From NCBI GenBank assembly GCA_036522635.1, contig DATDFM010000071.1, positions 1-63,559 on the forward strand: DNA of 63,559 nucleotides. Direction: 5' to 3'. Source of the stretch: Candidatus Udaeobacter sp. Lineage in GTDB: Bacteria; Verrucomicrobiota; Verrucomicrobiia; Chthoniobacterales; UBA10450. Of this stretch, positions 14,802 to 24,393 are shown one piece after another (the first letter of the stretch is position 1; the number at the start of each line of letters is the position of its first letter). The notes beneath the pieces were generated by a model. The model ran no database searches, was not told the DNA's origin, and was given only the letters and a program-made list of their open reading frames with translations. The translations under genes were made by a program, and so were the position numbers.

Positions 14802-15337
14802 ACCTTGTCAGATTGAGGAAATTTCGAATCGAGCCATGCCTGCAATTGCCGCCGGCCTTTAGAGAGGAAGCCCGAAAGCTCGCCTAATTTCAGTTCGGCT
14901 ATATCGAGAATTTCCCGGTAGTCGAACTCGTCGAGATAGAATAATGCCAGTGCGCTTCGCTGCGGATCGGGTGCAGCAGAAATCCAAATCGCGAGCTGCA
15001 TGGGATCAAGCCGCTGAATTTGGGATTCAGCACCCGAAACAACATCGCGCTCTTCCATTTCAACCGACTCGGGTTGCAAATCACCCTTGGTAGATTCCAA
15101 GCACCGCCAGCGCGCGTCGCGGAACAGCCAAAACGGTTCGTCCGGCACATCCCCACGCGCAGCGCGCACCGCGGCCTCACGCAAAGTCGCGTGAAAAACT
15201 TCCTGTGCCTTCCGCGAGTCGCCGAGCATCAGGAAACAAAAGCGATAAAGCTGTGGCAGATTTTGTTTTCGTTCCGGCACGCCAGATGGTCCCCGAAAAA
15301 CTTCGCGCACTCTACGCGACTGGGATGACGCAGGCAA
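14798..15337 (-). CDS. ECF-type RNA polymerase sigma factor (sigma-70 family)
   Basis: 179 aa. Region-4-like helix-turn-helix in QRSALALFYLDEFDYREILDIAELKLGELSGFLSKGRRQLQAWL. Confidence 0.7.
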   Translation of the reverse strand: MPASSQSRRVREVFRGPSGVPERKQNLPQLYRFCFLMLGDSRKAQEVFHATLREAAVRAARGDVPDEPFWLFRDARWRCLESTKGDLQPESVEMEERDVVSGAESQIQRLDPMQLAIWISAAPDPQRSALALFYLDEFDYREILDIAELKLGELSGFLSKGRRQLQAWLDSKFPQSDKV

Positions 15338-15379
15338 TCCTGTGTGCGTAAATTTGGTCCGCAGACACCATCGTCCGGG

Positions 15380-16621
15380 TCAAGAGCTTTGCAGCGTTTT
15401 CAAACGCCGCGCCACTTCCTGGGCGTTTTCCCTGCTATTGAACGCCGAGATCCGAAAATAACCTTCGCCTTGCGCGCCAAAACCCGCGCCCGGCGTGATA
15501 ACCACGTTCAGTCTGCGTAACATCCGGTCAAACAATTGCCAGCTTGTGAGGCCGTCCGGCGTTTTCGCCCAAATGTAAGGCGCATTGACTCCTCCAAAAG
15601 CTTCCAGACCCGCATCAGCTGCCGCATCGCGAAGGATTTTGGCATTCCCCATGTAATGATCGATGAGCTTACGAACCTGTTTACGACCCTCACCGCAATA
15701 CAAAGCTTCAGCGCCGCGTTGGACGGGATACGCAACACTGTTTGATTTCGTGCTCCAACGACGCTGCCAAAGCGGATGCAGCGGGAGCCGACGATCGTCG
15801 GCGCTTCGCGCAAGCACCGATTTCGGCATCACGGTAAATCCACAGCGAATACCGGTGAATCCGCCGTTCTTGGAAAAGCTGCGTAATTCGATTGCGCATT
15901 CAAGCGCACCGGGGATCTCAAAAATAGAATGCGGAACCTCAGGATCGCAAATGTACGCTTCATACGCGGCGTCGAAGAGCAAAAGTGCATCATGTTCGCG
16001 AGCGTAATCAACCCACCGCGCAAGCTGCGCACGCGACGCGACGGCACCGGTTGGATTGTTCGGAAAACAGAGATAAACGAGGTCGACATGCTCGTTCGGT
16101 GGTTCCGGCACAAAATTATTTTCCGCGGTGCATGGCAGATAGTAAATGCCTTCGTAGCTGCCATCTTTTCGCGCAGCACCTGTGTGGCCCGCCATCACAT
16201 TTGTGTCCACATACACCGGATACACTGGATCAGGGACCGCCACCTTGTTTTGGCGGCCAAGAATATCCAGGACGTAACCGCAATCGTTTTTTGATCCGTC
16301 TGAAACAAAGATTTCCTCGTCAGCGATATTGATATTCCGATCGCGGTAGTCGTGTTGCGCGATGGTTGACCTGAGAAACTCGTAGCCCTGTTCTGGACCG
16401 TAACCGCGGAAACTTTCGCGATGTCCGAGTTCATCGATCGCGCGTTTCATTGCGTCGATGGCTGCAGTTGGAAGCGGCTCGGTAACATCACCGATTCCAC
16501 AGCGGATCAATCGTTTGGCGCCTTCAGGATCCTCTTCACAGAAATCGCGTACGCGCCGCGCCACCTCTGGAAACAGATAGCCTGCCTGGAGCTTAAGATA
16601 ATTCTCGTTTAGATACGCCAT
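15380..16621 (-). CDS. dapL: LL-diaminopimelate aminotransferase
   Basis: N-terminus [24 protein letters not shown] and PLP-lysine region [15 protein letters not shown]. The ORF is open to 16678, but that extension is encoded by a repeat element, so the start is taken at ATG 16621. Confidence 0.88.
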   Translation of the reverse strand: MAYLNENYLKLQAGYLFPEVARRVRDFCEEDPEGAKRLIRCGIGDVTEPLPTAAIDAMKRAIDELGHRESFRGYGPEQGYEFLRSTIAQHDYRDRNINIADEEIFVSDGSKNDCGYVLDILGRQNKVAVPDPVYPVYVDTNVMAGHTGAARKDGSYEGIYYLPCTAENNFVPEPPNEHVDLVYLCFPNNPTGAVASRAQLARWVDYAREHDALLLFDAAYEAYICDPEVPHSIFEIPGALECAIELRSFSKNGGFTGIRCGFTVMPKSVLARSADDRRLPLHPLWQRRWSTKSNSVAYPVQRGAEALYCGEGRKQVRKLIDHYMGNAKILRDAAADAGLEAFGGVNAPYIWAKTPDGLTSWQLFDRMLRRLNVVITPGAGFGAQGEGYFRISAFNSRENAQEVARRLKTLQSS

Positions 16622-16624
16622 GTT

Positions 16625-16689
16625 TGTAGCGGCGTTTGTGTTAAACGCCGAACGTAAAAAGACAGGCGCTTGGCACAAGCGCCTCTACA
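16625..16689. repeat. GTAG...CTAC REPIN-like element
   Basis: TGTAG-C-[GGCGTTT gtgtt AAACGCC]-GAACG...[AGGCGCTT ggcac AAGCGCCT]-CTACA. The 31-nt arm 16624-16654 is the exact reverse complement of 34337-34367. Confidence 0.75.
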
Positions 16690-16700
16690 CGCTTGCCTGC

Positions 16701-17294
16701 TCAGTAGTTCTTGGCGACCGCGTCCCAGTTAACCACATTCCACCACGCCTTGAGGTAATCGGCCCGGCGGTTTTGATATTTCAGGTAATACGCGTGTTCC
16801 CATACGTCGACACCGACGATCGGAGTATTGCCGTCCATCAACGGACTATCTTGATTTGGCGTGGACGTTATTTCAAGCCCACTCTTGCCCTTGATTAGCC
16901 ACGCCCATCCGCTCCCGAAGCGGCCCACACCGGCGGTACTCAGTTTTTCTTTAAATTGATCAAAGCTGCCGAACGCAGATTTGATGTCATCGGCGAGTTT
17001 GCCTTTTGGTTCGCCGCCGGCGTTTGGTCCCATGATCGTCCAAAAGAATGAGTGGTTCGCGTGGCCGCCGCCGTTATTCCGCACGGCCGTCCGAATGTTT
17101 TCCGGGACAGCATTTAAGTCGCTGATGAGCTCTTGTACACTTTTCTTTTCCAGTTGGGTGTCCTTGACCGCCTTATTCAGGTTATCGACGTAAGCCTGGT
17201 GATGTTTCGTGTAATGAATCTCCATTGTGCGCGCATCGATGTGCGGCTCCAGCGCGTCATACGCATAGGGTAATTTAGGTAATTCGTAAGCCAT
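16701..17294 (-). CDS. Fe/Mn superoxide dismutase
   Basis: 197 aa. [26 protein letters not shown] and [15 protein letters not shown] signature. Confidence 0.95.
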   Translation of the reverse strand: MAYELPKLPYAYDALEPHIDARTMEIHYTKHHQAYVDNLNKAVKDTQLEKKSVQELISDLNAVPENIRTAVRNNGGGHANHSFFWTIMGPNAGGEPKGKLADDIKSAFGSFDQFKEKLSTAGVGRFGSGWAWLIKGKSGLEITSTPNQDSPLMDGNTPIVGVDVWEHAYYLKYQNRRADYLKAWWNVVNWDAVAKNY

Positions 17295-17376
17295 AATTAT
17301 TACTGTTAGATCGAATTACGCCGAACGATAGGTTTTATTTTCGTCGGGACCACGACAGCCGTTCCGGGCGATGTAT

Positions 17377-19368
17377 CTAAGCTTCGCAGCGATAAAATCC
17401 CGGGCGATGCCCGATCCCGCTGCGATGATTCACATACGTCGCCAGAGCTAAGAGTGGGAAATTCTGGCGATACATGTCGTACTTCAAGTAGAAGGTACGC
17501 GGGAAACCGGTGCCGGTGATTTCATCTTCGTTCCATGAGCCATCCGCCTGTTGCGTACGAAGGAGATAAAGCAACCCGCGCTGAACGCTCGGCCGATCAA
17601 GGTCACCGCAGGCGCAGATGCCCATGATCGCCCACGCGGTTTGCGACGCGGTGCTTGGGCCAATCCCTTTGGTAGATGGATTTTCATATGTGCCACAGGT
17701 CTCACCCCAGCCGCCGTCGGCGTTTTGGCAGCTCTCAAGCCAATCGCGCCCGCGCAAAACCCAATCTTGGGTCATGTCTTCGCCAATTGCGCGCAGACCG
17801 CGCAAGACCTGCCAAGTACCATAAATGTAATTCACTCCCCAGCGGCCGTACCACGAACCGTCGTCATCTTGAGTGGCGACCAGATACTTGATCGCGTCGC
17901 GAACGCACTTCTCATTGCGATCGAAACCGATGTAGCCGAGCAACTCGAGAGTGCGGGCCGTCAAGTCGCTGCAGGTCGGGTCGAGAATCGCATTGTGATC
18001 CGCAAACGGCATATCTTCCAACCATGGCGTTGTCACATCTTTATCAAACGCCGCCCAACCGCCGTCGCGACATTGGAAACTCAGCTGCCATCCAAGGGCG
18101 CGGCGAAACACTTCCTTGAGTGATCGTGAATCTTTGGGTTGAACGAGCCTCAGGGCCATCAGCACCATTGCCGTGTCATCTGTATCCGGGTAATAAACGT
18201 TGTTGTACTCGAATGCCCAGCCACTGGCCTCGGGATACGAATTGTTGACCGCCCAGTCGCCGCGGATCCGCACTTCCTTGTTGACCAGCCATTCGCCCGC
18301 TTTTTGCAGTGAGGGGTGTTCTGGTGAAAGACCGGAGTCTACGAGCGAAATAATCGTAATGGCTGTATCCCAAACGGGTGAGAGACACGGTTGAATTCTG
18401 AAATCTTCGGGATCATTAACGAATAACTCAGCGAAATCCTTTTCAGCCTTCGCGTAAACTGGATGTGTTTTTGAATAGCCGAGTGCGCGAAGAGCAATCA
18501 TGCAGTTCAGCATTGCGGGATAAACCGCAGCCAAGCCGTCGCTGCCTTCTCTAATGCGCTCGACCATCCAGCGTTCCGCTGCTTCCAGGGTACGTTGTCG
18601 CAGTAAACCGAGGCGAAGCGGTTGCAGAAATTTCAACGTGTCATCAAAGCGCAGAAAGAAATTACGCCAGGTCCAGAATTTTTCGCTGCGCGGCAAACGC
18701 AAATCTGCCTGCTCCTTACCAAGGGGATACAGCTCGTGGAGTTGCTTTTCGCCGGGCAAAATCCGCGTCGGTTTGAAATGATTGATAATGGAGAGGGGAA
18801 TAAGCATTGCCCGGCTCCACGACGACATCTTGTAAATATGAAAAGGAGCCCACCTCGGCAGGAGGACCATCTCCACCGGAATCGCCGGCAAATATTTCCA
18901 CGGGAACACACCGAGCAACGCGAGGTAAAGTTTGCTGAATGTGTTCATCTGCGGAATCCCGCCCAGGCGCATGATGGTTGCACGCGCTTCCTGCATGAAC
19001 GGAGCGTCAACGGAACAACCGGAAAGCTTTAGGGCAAAATACGCCTTCACTGAGGCATTAATCTCGCTCGGCCCGCCATGATAAATGTTCCAGCCACCGT
19101 CGGGCAGTTGGCGCTTAAGAATATGACGGATGCAACGGCGCTGCAGTTGCGCGTCCACTTCGCCGCACCAGTGCATAAACACGACGTAGTCAGAGCAGAG
19201 TGTGCTATCGACCAGCAGCTCGCCGCACCAATGCCCGTCAGCTTTTTGCTGGCGCAAAAGATTTTCCTGTGCGCGCGAAATCGCTTGTCCGATCTCGTCG
19301 TCTGCCGCCGAGTAGGCTTCGGAGGTTTCGGGCGAACTTGGTAGAACTATTAATTGCTTCGACGGCAT
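17377..19368 (-). CDS. shc: Squalene-hopene cyclase
   Basis: 663 aa. Repeated QW-type motifs and the catalytic DTDDTA motif (YYPDTDDTAMVL). Confidence 0.93.
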   Translation of the reverse strand: MPSKQLIVLPSSPETSEAYSAADDEIGQAISRAQENLLRQQKADGHWCGELLVDSTLCSDYVVFMHWCGEVDAQLQRRCIRHILKRQLPDGGWNIYHGGPSEINASVKAYFALKLSGCSVDAPFMQEARATIMRLGGIPQMNTFSKLYLALLGVFPWKYLPAIPVEMVLLPRWAPFHIYKMSSWSRAMLIPLSIINHFKPTRILPGEKQLHELYPLGKEQADLRLPRSEKFWTWRNFFLRFDDTLKFLQPLRLGLLRQRTLEAAERWMVERIREGSDGLAAVYPAMLNCMIALRALGYSKTHPVYAKAEKDFAELFVNDPEDFRIQPCLSPVWDTAITIISLVDSGLSPEHPSLQKAGEWLVNKEVRIRGDWAVNNSYPEASGWAFEYNNVYYPDTDDTAMVLMALRLVQPKDSRSLKEVFRRALGWQLSFQCRDGGWAAFDKDVTTPWLEDMPFADHNAILDPTCSDLTARTLELLGYIGFDRNEKCVRDAIKYLVATQDDDGSWYGRWGVNYIYGTWQVLRGLRAIGEDMTQDWVLRGRDWLESCQNADGGWGETCGTYENPSTKGIGPSTASQTAWAIMGICACGDLDRPSVQRGLLYLLRTQQADGSWNEDEITGTGFPRTFYLKYDMYRQNFPLLALATYVNHRSGIGHRPGFYRCEA

Positions 19369-19377
19369 TGCGATCGT

Positions 19378-20679
19378 TCAGGAGGCTTTGACGGCTGGCT
19401 CAGCGCGCTTGCCGGTGAGGTGACCGTTTCCCGAGCTGACGCCGTTATAGGCGAGCACTTCACTGCCACGTCCGGCCGCCTTCGGCTTCGCACCGAAATT
19501 AAATTTGATCGTTTTCCAAGTGTCGCCGCGGTGAGCTTCCAAGCCCAATGTTGCGGTGGGTTCGTACCCGCAATGCACCATGCAATTTTCGCAGCGGCTG
19601 TCACGCGCAACGCCATTAACCACTCCGTAGCGGTTCCAATCAGTCTGTTCCAGCAGCTCTGCATAGCTTGAATAATGGCCCTCGGTCATCAGATAGCACG
19701 GGGCCTTCCAGCCACGAATGTTTCGTGTAGGAATTGCCCAGGCCGAACAGGTCAGGTCCCGTTTGCCAGCAAGAAATTCAAAATAAACCGGTGTTCCGAA
19801 AAAGGTGTACCGATTCATCCAATCCTCGATTTTTCGGAATTTCTGAACCGTCATCGCGCGAGTGAGAAAGAAATCTTCCGGCCGGAGATTGAGCCGTGTG
19901 ATCATATCTCGCTTGGCCGCGTCGTAATCGTATCCGGGAGTAATGGTGTGTCCGTCAACGCCAAGATCCGCCAAGTAATCGAACATCCGTTCGATTTCCT
20001 GCATATCGGTCTCTTTGTAGATCGTTGTATTCGTCGCGACCTGGTATCCGAGCAGCTTCGCCATTTTGATCGCCAGAATGCATTCTTTAAAAACGCCCTC
20101 GCGTTCGACGATCAAGTCGTGTGTTCGCTCCAAGCCATCAAGATGCACGTTCCAGTACATCCATCTGCTTGGGCCGATCGTCGGCTTCGCCGGGTCTTTC
20201 GGTCCCTTGCGGATTTCAGCGGCGTCTTTTTCAGAAATCAATCCAGCCTTAACAAGCACGTCGATTTTCTCTTCAAGTTTTTTGCCGCTACCGTTTTGAG
20301 CGTTGCTCAATTGTTTGGCCAACCATTCGCGCATTTTTTTCCGCATGAACATGGCGTTGGTGCAGATGTAAACGATCCGTCCCTGCGCGATCACTCCTTC
20401 TACGAGCGCTTCGATATGCGGATAGATCAACGGTTCGCCGCCGCAGATTGAGACCATCGGCGCGTTGCACTCTTCCGCCGCAGACAAGCAATCTTCCAAG
20501 CTCATCATGTCCTTGAGCGACGTCGAGTATTCGCGGATCCGTCCGCAACCGGTGCAGGTGAGATTGCAGGTATGCAACGGCTCGAGCTGGAGCACCGTGG
20601 CAAACTTCTTGGTGCCACGCAGCTTATGCCCGATCACATACGCAGCGATTTTCGCTGTAAGCGGAAGTGGAAATCTCAT
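19378..20679 (-). CDS. hpnH: Hopanoid biosynthesis radical SAM protein HpnH (adenosylhopane synthase)
   Basis: CNLTCTGCG (CX3CX2C) cluster in LQLEPLHTCNLTCTGCGRIREY. Lies directly upstream of shc. Start taken at MRFPLPL (20679); the ORF is open to 20718. Confidence 0.85.
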   Translation of the reverse strand: MRFPLPLTAKIAAYVIGHKLRGTKKFATVLQLEPLHTCNLTCTGCGRIREYSTSLKDMMSLEDCLSAAEECNAPMVSICGGEPLIYPHIEALVEGVIAQGRIVYICTNAMFMRKKMREWLAKQLSNAQNGSGKKLEEKIDVLVKAGLISEKDAAEIRKGPKDPAKPTIGPSRWMYWNVHLDGLERTHDLIVEREGVFKECILAIKMAKLLGYQVATNTTIYKETDMQEIERMFDYLADLGVDGHTITPGYDYDAAKRDMITRLNLRPEDFFLTRAMTVQKFRKIEDWMNRYTFFGTPVYFEFLAGKRDLTCSAWAIPTRNIRGWKAPCYLMTEGHYSSYAELLEQTDWNRYGVVNGVARDSRCENCMVHCGYEPTATLGLEAHRGDTWKTIKFNFGAKPKAAGRGSEVLAYNGVSSGNGHLTGKRAEPAVKAS

Positions 20680-20777
20680 AAAAGCGAGGATTTTACCGGG
20701 AGGCCCTCGGAGTGTCAATGAGCCGGCCAGTTTGTACTGTGATTCGGCCTCCGGTCTTTGGTTGGACTTGCGATGGA

Positions 20778-20820
20778 CTGTAGCGCATCGGCCCAGAACC
20801 GCAAATAAACCTGCGACTAC
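20778..20820. repeat. Short GTAG...CTAC element (weak member of the REPIN-like family)
   Basis: CTGTAGCGCA...TGCGACTAC inverted ends in the hpnH upstream intergenic region. Confidence 0.35.
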
Positions 20821-20884
20821 GTTTGATTTGTATGGTTAAATAGTCGCAACTGGGTGTCTAAATCAAAGCAAAGAAAGCAAAAAT

Positions 20885-21295
20885 ATGAAAAGAATATTCT
20901 TAGCAGCATTTGCCGTTGGACTTATTGGCTGCGCAAACCAACCCGCACCCCCGCCCGGACCTGCCGTCACGGGCGGTTATCCGTATTCCCGATATGCTTA
21001 TACGGCCAACGTATGGGGCCATCGTAGCGCCGCCTACAAGGATTGGAGCACGGAGCAACTACAGAAACGCCGGCTCGATCTTTACGCAACCGTCCCGTTC
21101 ACCAGAACGCGCAATGAGGTCTATGCCCAGATCTACAACGGAATGGCTCTGCCACAGCAGGACGAAATCAAGGCTATCGAAGTCGAGCTGAATTGGCGAT
21201 ATGACCACGGCGATAAAAGCGCCGAGCTGAAGGACTTCTGGCCTAACGAGCGTCGGCATATTGCCAGCGGCGGGCGTTTCGACTCAGGGTTCTGA
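20885..21295 (+). CDS. Hypothetical lipoprotein
   Basis: 136 aa. Lipobox in MKRIFLAAFAVGLIGCANQ. Confidence 0.65.
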   Translation: MKRIFLAAFAVGLIGCANQPAPPPGPAVTGGYPYSRYAYTANVWGHRSAAYKDWSTEQLQKRRLDLYATVPFTRTRNEVYAQIYNGMALPQQDEIKAIEVELNWRYDHGDKSAELKDFWPNERRHIASGGRFDSGF

Positions 21296-21341
21296 CCGTC
21301 CTATTTTAAGCGGTGCGAATTGGCGCGATTGCCGGCAGCAC

Positions 21342-21914
21342 TTAGGCGCCGTGCCAGCCGCGGCGGATCAGACTGACAGCGATAGCAGCCAGCAGGAGCG
21401 CCACAATTTTCGACACCCCGCGTAAACCTTGTCTGCCCATCCAGTGCGCGACTAAATCCGCATTCCAAAACGCGATCACCACCAGCGCGAGATTGACCAG
21501 AAGCGCCGCGACCGTAAACACCAACCCGACTGTATCCACCAAGATCAGCAGGGCTGTCAGCAATGCCGGTCCAGCTATCAGAGGCATCCCAAGGGGAACC
21601 ACACCGAAATCGTCTGTCGCTTCGCGGCTGGCCGGTGCGACATTAAGCAACTCTCGTCCGGCAATGCCGAGCAAAATCAGGCCGCCTGCCACCTGAAAAT
21701 CGGCCACTGTAATTCCGAGCGCTGTAAAAATTATTTTTCCCAGGAATATGAACCCAATCGAAATGCAAAGCGCTGTAAAGATGGCGACGAAACCCTCTCG
21801 CTGACGTTGTTCGCGCGGCGTGTCGCCAGCCAAACCCAGAAACATAGCCACCAGGCCGATGGCATCGATCGAGACAAAAATCGGAATAAACGCAACGAAA
21901 AATTTGTGGACCAT
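21342..21914 (-). CDS. MarC/UPF0056 family integral membrane protein
   Basis: 190 aa with about 6 TM segments. N-terminus FFVAFIPIFVSIDAIGLVAMFLGL is typical of the MarC family. Confidence 0.7.
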   Translation of the reverse strand: MVHKFFVAFIPIFVSIDAIGLVAMFLGLAGDTPREQRQREGFVAIFTALCISIGFIFLGKIIFTALGITVADFQVAGGLILLGIAGRELLNVAPASREATDDFGVVPLGMPLIAGPALLTALLILVDTVGLVFTVAALLVNLALVVIAFWNADLVAHWMGRQGLRGVSKIVALLLAAIAVSLIRRGWHGA

Positions 21915-22050
21915 GTCTAAAGGGTTTTCTCCCGGAAAAAGCGCCTCGCGTCACAGATGAACACAGATGAAACAGACATTCACCAAAATTCCATCTGCGA
22001 TCGGTGAAATTGTGTGCAAATCTTTGGCCTATTTCTGCCTTTCCACTCCT

Positions 22051-24210
22051 ATGTCGAACGATTTCATTCAAACCGCATTTGTTCAGGTTTCACTCATCCT
22101 GCTCGCTTCGAGCTTGGTCGTTTCAGCTGCTGAAATGAAAACAGTCGATGATTTTCGCGTTGCCGCGGCAAAGGCCAACGCCGTGTTGACGATCCCGGAT
22201 TGGGAAAAAACACCGGAAGCGATTGAGACGGCGACGAAAAACGCGATCGCCAAGGCCAACGCCGCGTTGGACCAGATCGGTGCCCAGGATCCAAGCAAGG
22301 CGACTTTCAAGAGCACCGTAGTGGCACTGGATGATGTCACTTACGAGGCGAGTCTCGCGGCGAACAGAGCCGCCATCATCAAGGAAACAAATACGAATCC
22401 CGCGATGCGTACTGCTGCCGAGAGTGCGGTGAAAGCGTTCCAGGACTGGGCGGTCGGTGTCGATTACCGCGAGGACGTTTACAAGGCGATCAAAGCCTTC
22501 GCTGACACGCATCCAAAGCTCACTGGCGAAGACGAAAAACTGCTCAAAGAAACACTACGCGATTATCACCGGGCCGGGTTGGAATTGGCTCCCGACCAGC
22601 GCAAGGAAGTTGAGGGATTGCGCAAGGAGCTGTCGAAACTGGGCACCGATTTCGCCACCAACATCGTCAAGTCCAACGCTCCGGTCATGTTCAGCAAAGC
22701 CGATCTCGAAGGCCTACCGGAAAGCTTCTTCGCGTCACCCGGCATCAAAACCGGCGACGACGTCTACACCGTAATGGCGAATGTCACCTGGCAGTTCAAT
22801 ACCGTGCAGGAGAACGCCAAGAACGAAGCGACTCGCAAACAGCTTTACATCGTTCGGGAAACGCTCGCGAAAGACAAAAACGTTGCTCTTCTGAACCAAA
22901 TGCTGGCGCTCAGAAACGAGATCGCGCTCCGCCTCGGTTACAAGTCATGGGACGATTACCAAACCGAAGTCAAAATGGCCAAGACCGGCGTGAACGCGGA
23001 AAAGTACATCAACGATCTGGTCACAGGCATCCAGCCGAAATTCGACAGTGAGATTGCGGAACTGCAAAAGTTGAAAGCTGCCGAGAGCAATGATCCTAAT
23101 GCCAAAATTATGGTGTGGGATTGGCGGTACTATAGTAACCAGCTCAACAAGCAAAAATACGCGGTCGATAAGGAAGCATTGCGCGCGTATTTCCCGTTCC
23201 AAAAAGTTCTCGACGGGATGTTCAACATTTATCAGAGCATCTTCGGTCTGAAATTCGAAAAGATCGCCGCACCTTACAAATGGATTGACGATCTCCAGCT
23301 GTATCTCGTCACCGATTCCGCCACCGGTGAACCGCTTGGGATGTTTTATCTCGACATGTTCCCGCGCGAGGGAAAATTTAATCACTTCGCGCAATTCGAT
23401 ATCATCAGCGGCAAACTTTTGCCGAATGGAAAATATCAGCGGCCCACTGTTGCCTTGCTCTGCAATTTCCCGCCGGCGACTGGCGATGCGCCCTCATTAA
23501 TGACGCATCAGGATGTGGAGACACTTTTTCACGAGTTTGGGCATGCTCTGCATTCCATCGTCACTCGCGCCAAGTATGGCCGCTTCGCCGGAACGCATGT
23601 CCCTGGTGATTTTGTCGAGGCACCATCGCAGATGCTCCAAAACTGGGTTTGGGACAAGAAAGTGCTCGATACCTTCGCTGCCGATTACCGCGATCCATCC
23701 AAAAAAATTCCCGCCGAACTGGTCAAGAAGCTCAACGATGCCAAGCTGGCAAATGCCGGCGTGCTTTATCGGCGCCAGTTCGCCTTCGCGTCGCTCGATC
23801 TTGCCCTGCACGATCCGCATCCAGAAGAAATGGCATACGATTCGGTCGCGATATCGAACCCCATCCTGGAGAAGGTGTTTTTGCCAATTGATCCGAGCAC
23901 AACGTTCGTCTCCTATTTTGGTCATCTGAACGGGTACGATGCGGGTTACTATGGCTATGCCTGGGCAGACGCGATTGCTGCAGATATGGCGACCGTTTTT
24001 GAAAAGGCGAAGGAGGGTTATCTCGATAAACAGGCTGGAATGAAATTGCGGCGCGAGATTTACGAACCCGGCGACTCTCGTGATGTGAATGAATCGATTG
24101 AAAAATTCCTGGGCCGCAAACAATCGATCGAACCATTCCTGAAAAAAATCGGAATCGGCACGCAGGATAAGAAGAAAGCAGCAGCCGAACCATCACAAGA
24201 AACCAAGTAA
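22051..24210 (+). CDS. M3-family zinc metallopeptidase (oligopeptidase A / peptidyl-dipeptidase Dcp-like), secreted
   Basis: HEFGHALH zinc motif plus a downstream Glu region. Signal-peptide-like MSNDFIQTAFVQVSLILLASSLVVSAA. The ORF is open from 21967. Confidence 0.88.
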   Translation: MSNDFIQTAFVQVSLILLASSLVVSAAEMKTVDDFRVAAAKANAVLTIPDWEKTPEAIETATKNAIAKANAALDQIGAQDPSKATFKSTVVALDDVTYEASLAANRAAIIKETNTNPAMRTAAESAVKAFQDWAVGVDYREDVYKAIKAFADTHPKLTGEDEKLLKETLRDYHRAGLELAPDQRKEVEGLRKELSKLGTDFATNIVKSNAPVMFSKADLEGLPESFFASPGIKTGDDVYTVMANVTWQFNTVQENAKNEATRKQLYIVRETLAKDKNVALLNQMLALRNEIALRLGYKSWDDYQTEVKMAKTGVNAEKYINDLVTGIQPKFDSEIAELQKLKAAESNDPNAKIMVWDWRYYSNQLNKQKYAVDKEALRAYFPFQKVLDGMFNIYQSIFGLKFEKIAAPYKWIDDLQLYLVTDSATGEPLGMFYLDMFPREGKFNHFAQFDIISGKLLPNGKYQRPTVALLCNFPPATGDAPSLMTHQDVETLFHEFGHALHSIVTRAKYGRFAGTHVPGDFVEAPSQMLQNWVWDKKVLDTFAADYRDPSKKIPAELVKKLNDAKLANAGVLYRRQFAFASLDLALHDPHPEEMAYDSVAISNPILEKVFLPIDPSTTFVSYFGHLNGYDAGYYGYAWADAIAADMATVFEKAKEGYLDKQAGMKLRREIYEPGDSRDVNESIEKFLGRKQSIEPFLKKIGIGTQDKKKAAAEPSQETK

Positions 24211-24281
24211 CCGAATGTGCGACTGCACTTGCGCTACGGTGAATTAGATGATTCAATCGAAGCGCAGTTACTAAAATCTGA

Positions 24282-24386
24282 ATGGGCTCGCTTAAAAAAC
24301 GAAGAAAAGCAAAAATCGCCAAGCACAAGCGCCGCAAACGCATGAAGGCGCACCGCCATAAGAAGCGACTGCGATACAAGTTGTAA
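24282..24386 (+). CDS. 34-aa Lys/Arg-rich micro-protein resembling ribosomal protein bS22 (AURKAIP1/COX24-like)
   Basis: Own translation: MGSLKKRRKAKIAKHKRRKRMKAHRHKKRLRYKL, then TAA. Too short for the supplied ORF track. Lies in an otherwise empty 183-nt gap. Confidence 0.55.
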   Translation: MGSLKKRRKAKIAKHKRRKRMKAHRHKKRLRYKL

Positions 24387-24393
24387 GGTCCGA

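Noticed and set aside
16622-16678. 19-codon N-terminal extension of dapL
   Set aside because: The extension is encoded entirely by a GTAG...CTAC repeat element. Met at 16621 gives the canonical [12 protein letters not shown]-terminus.
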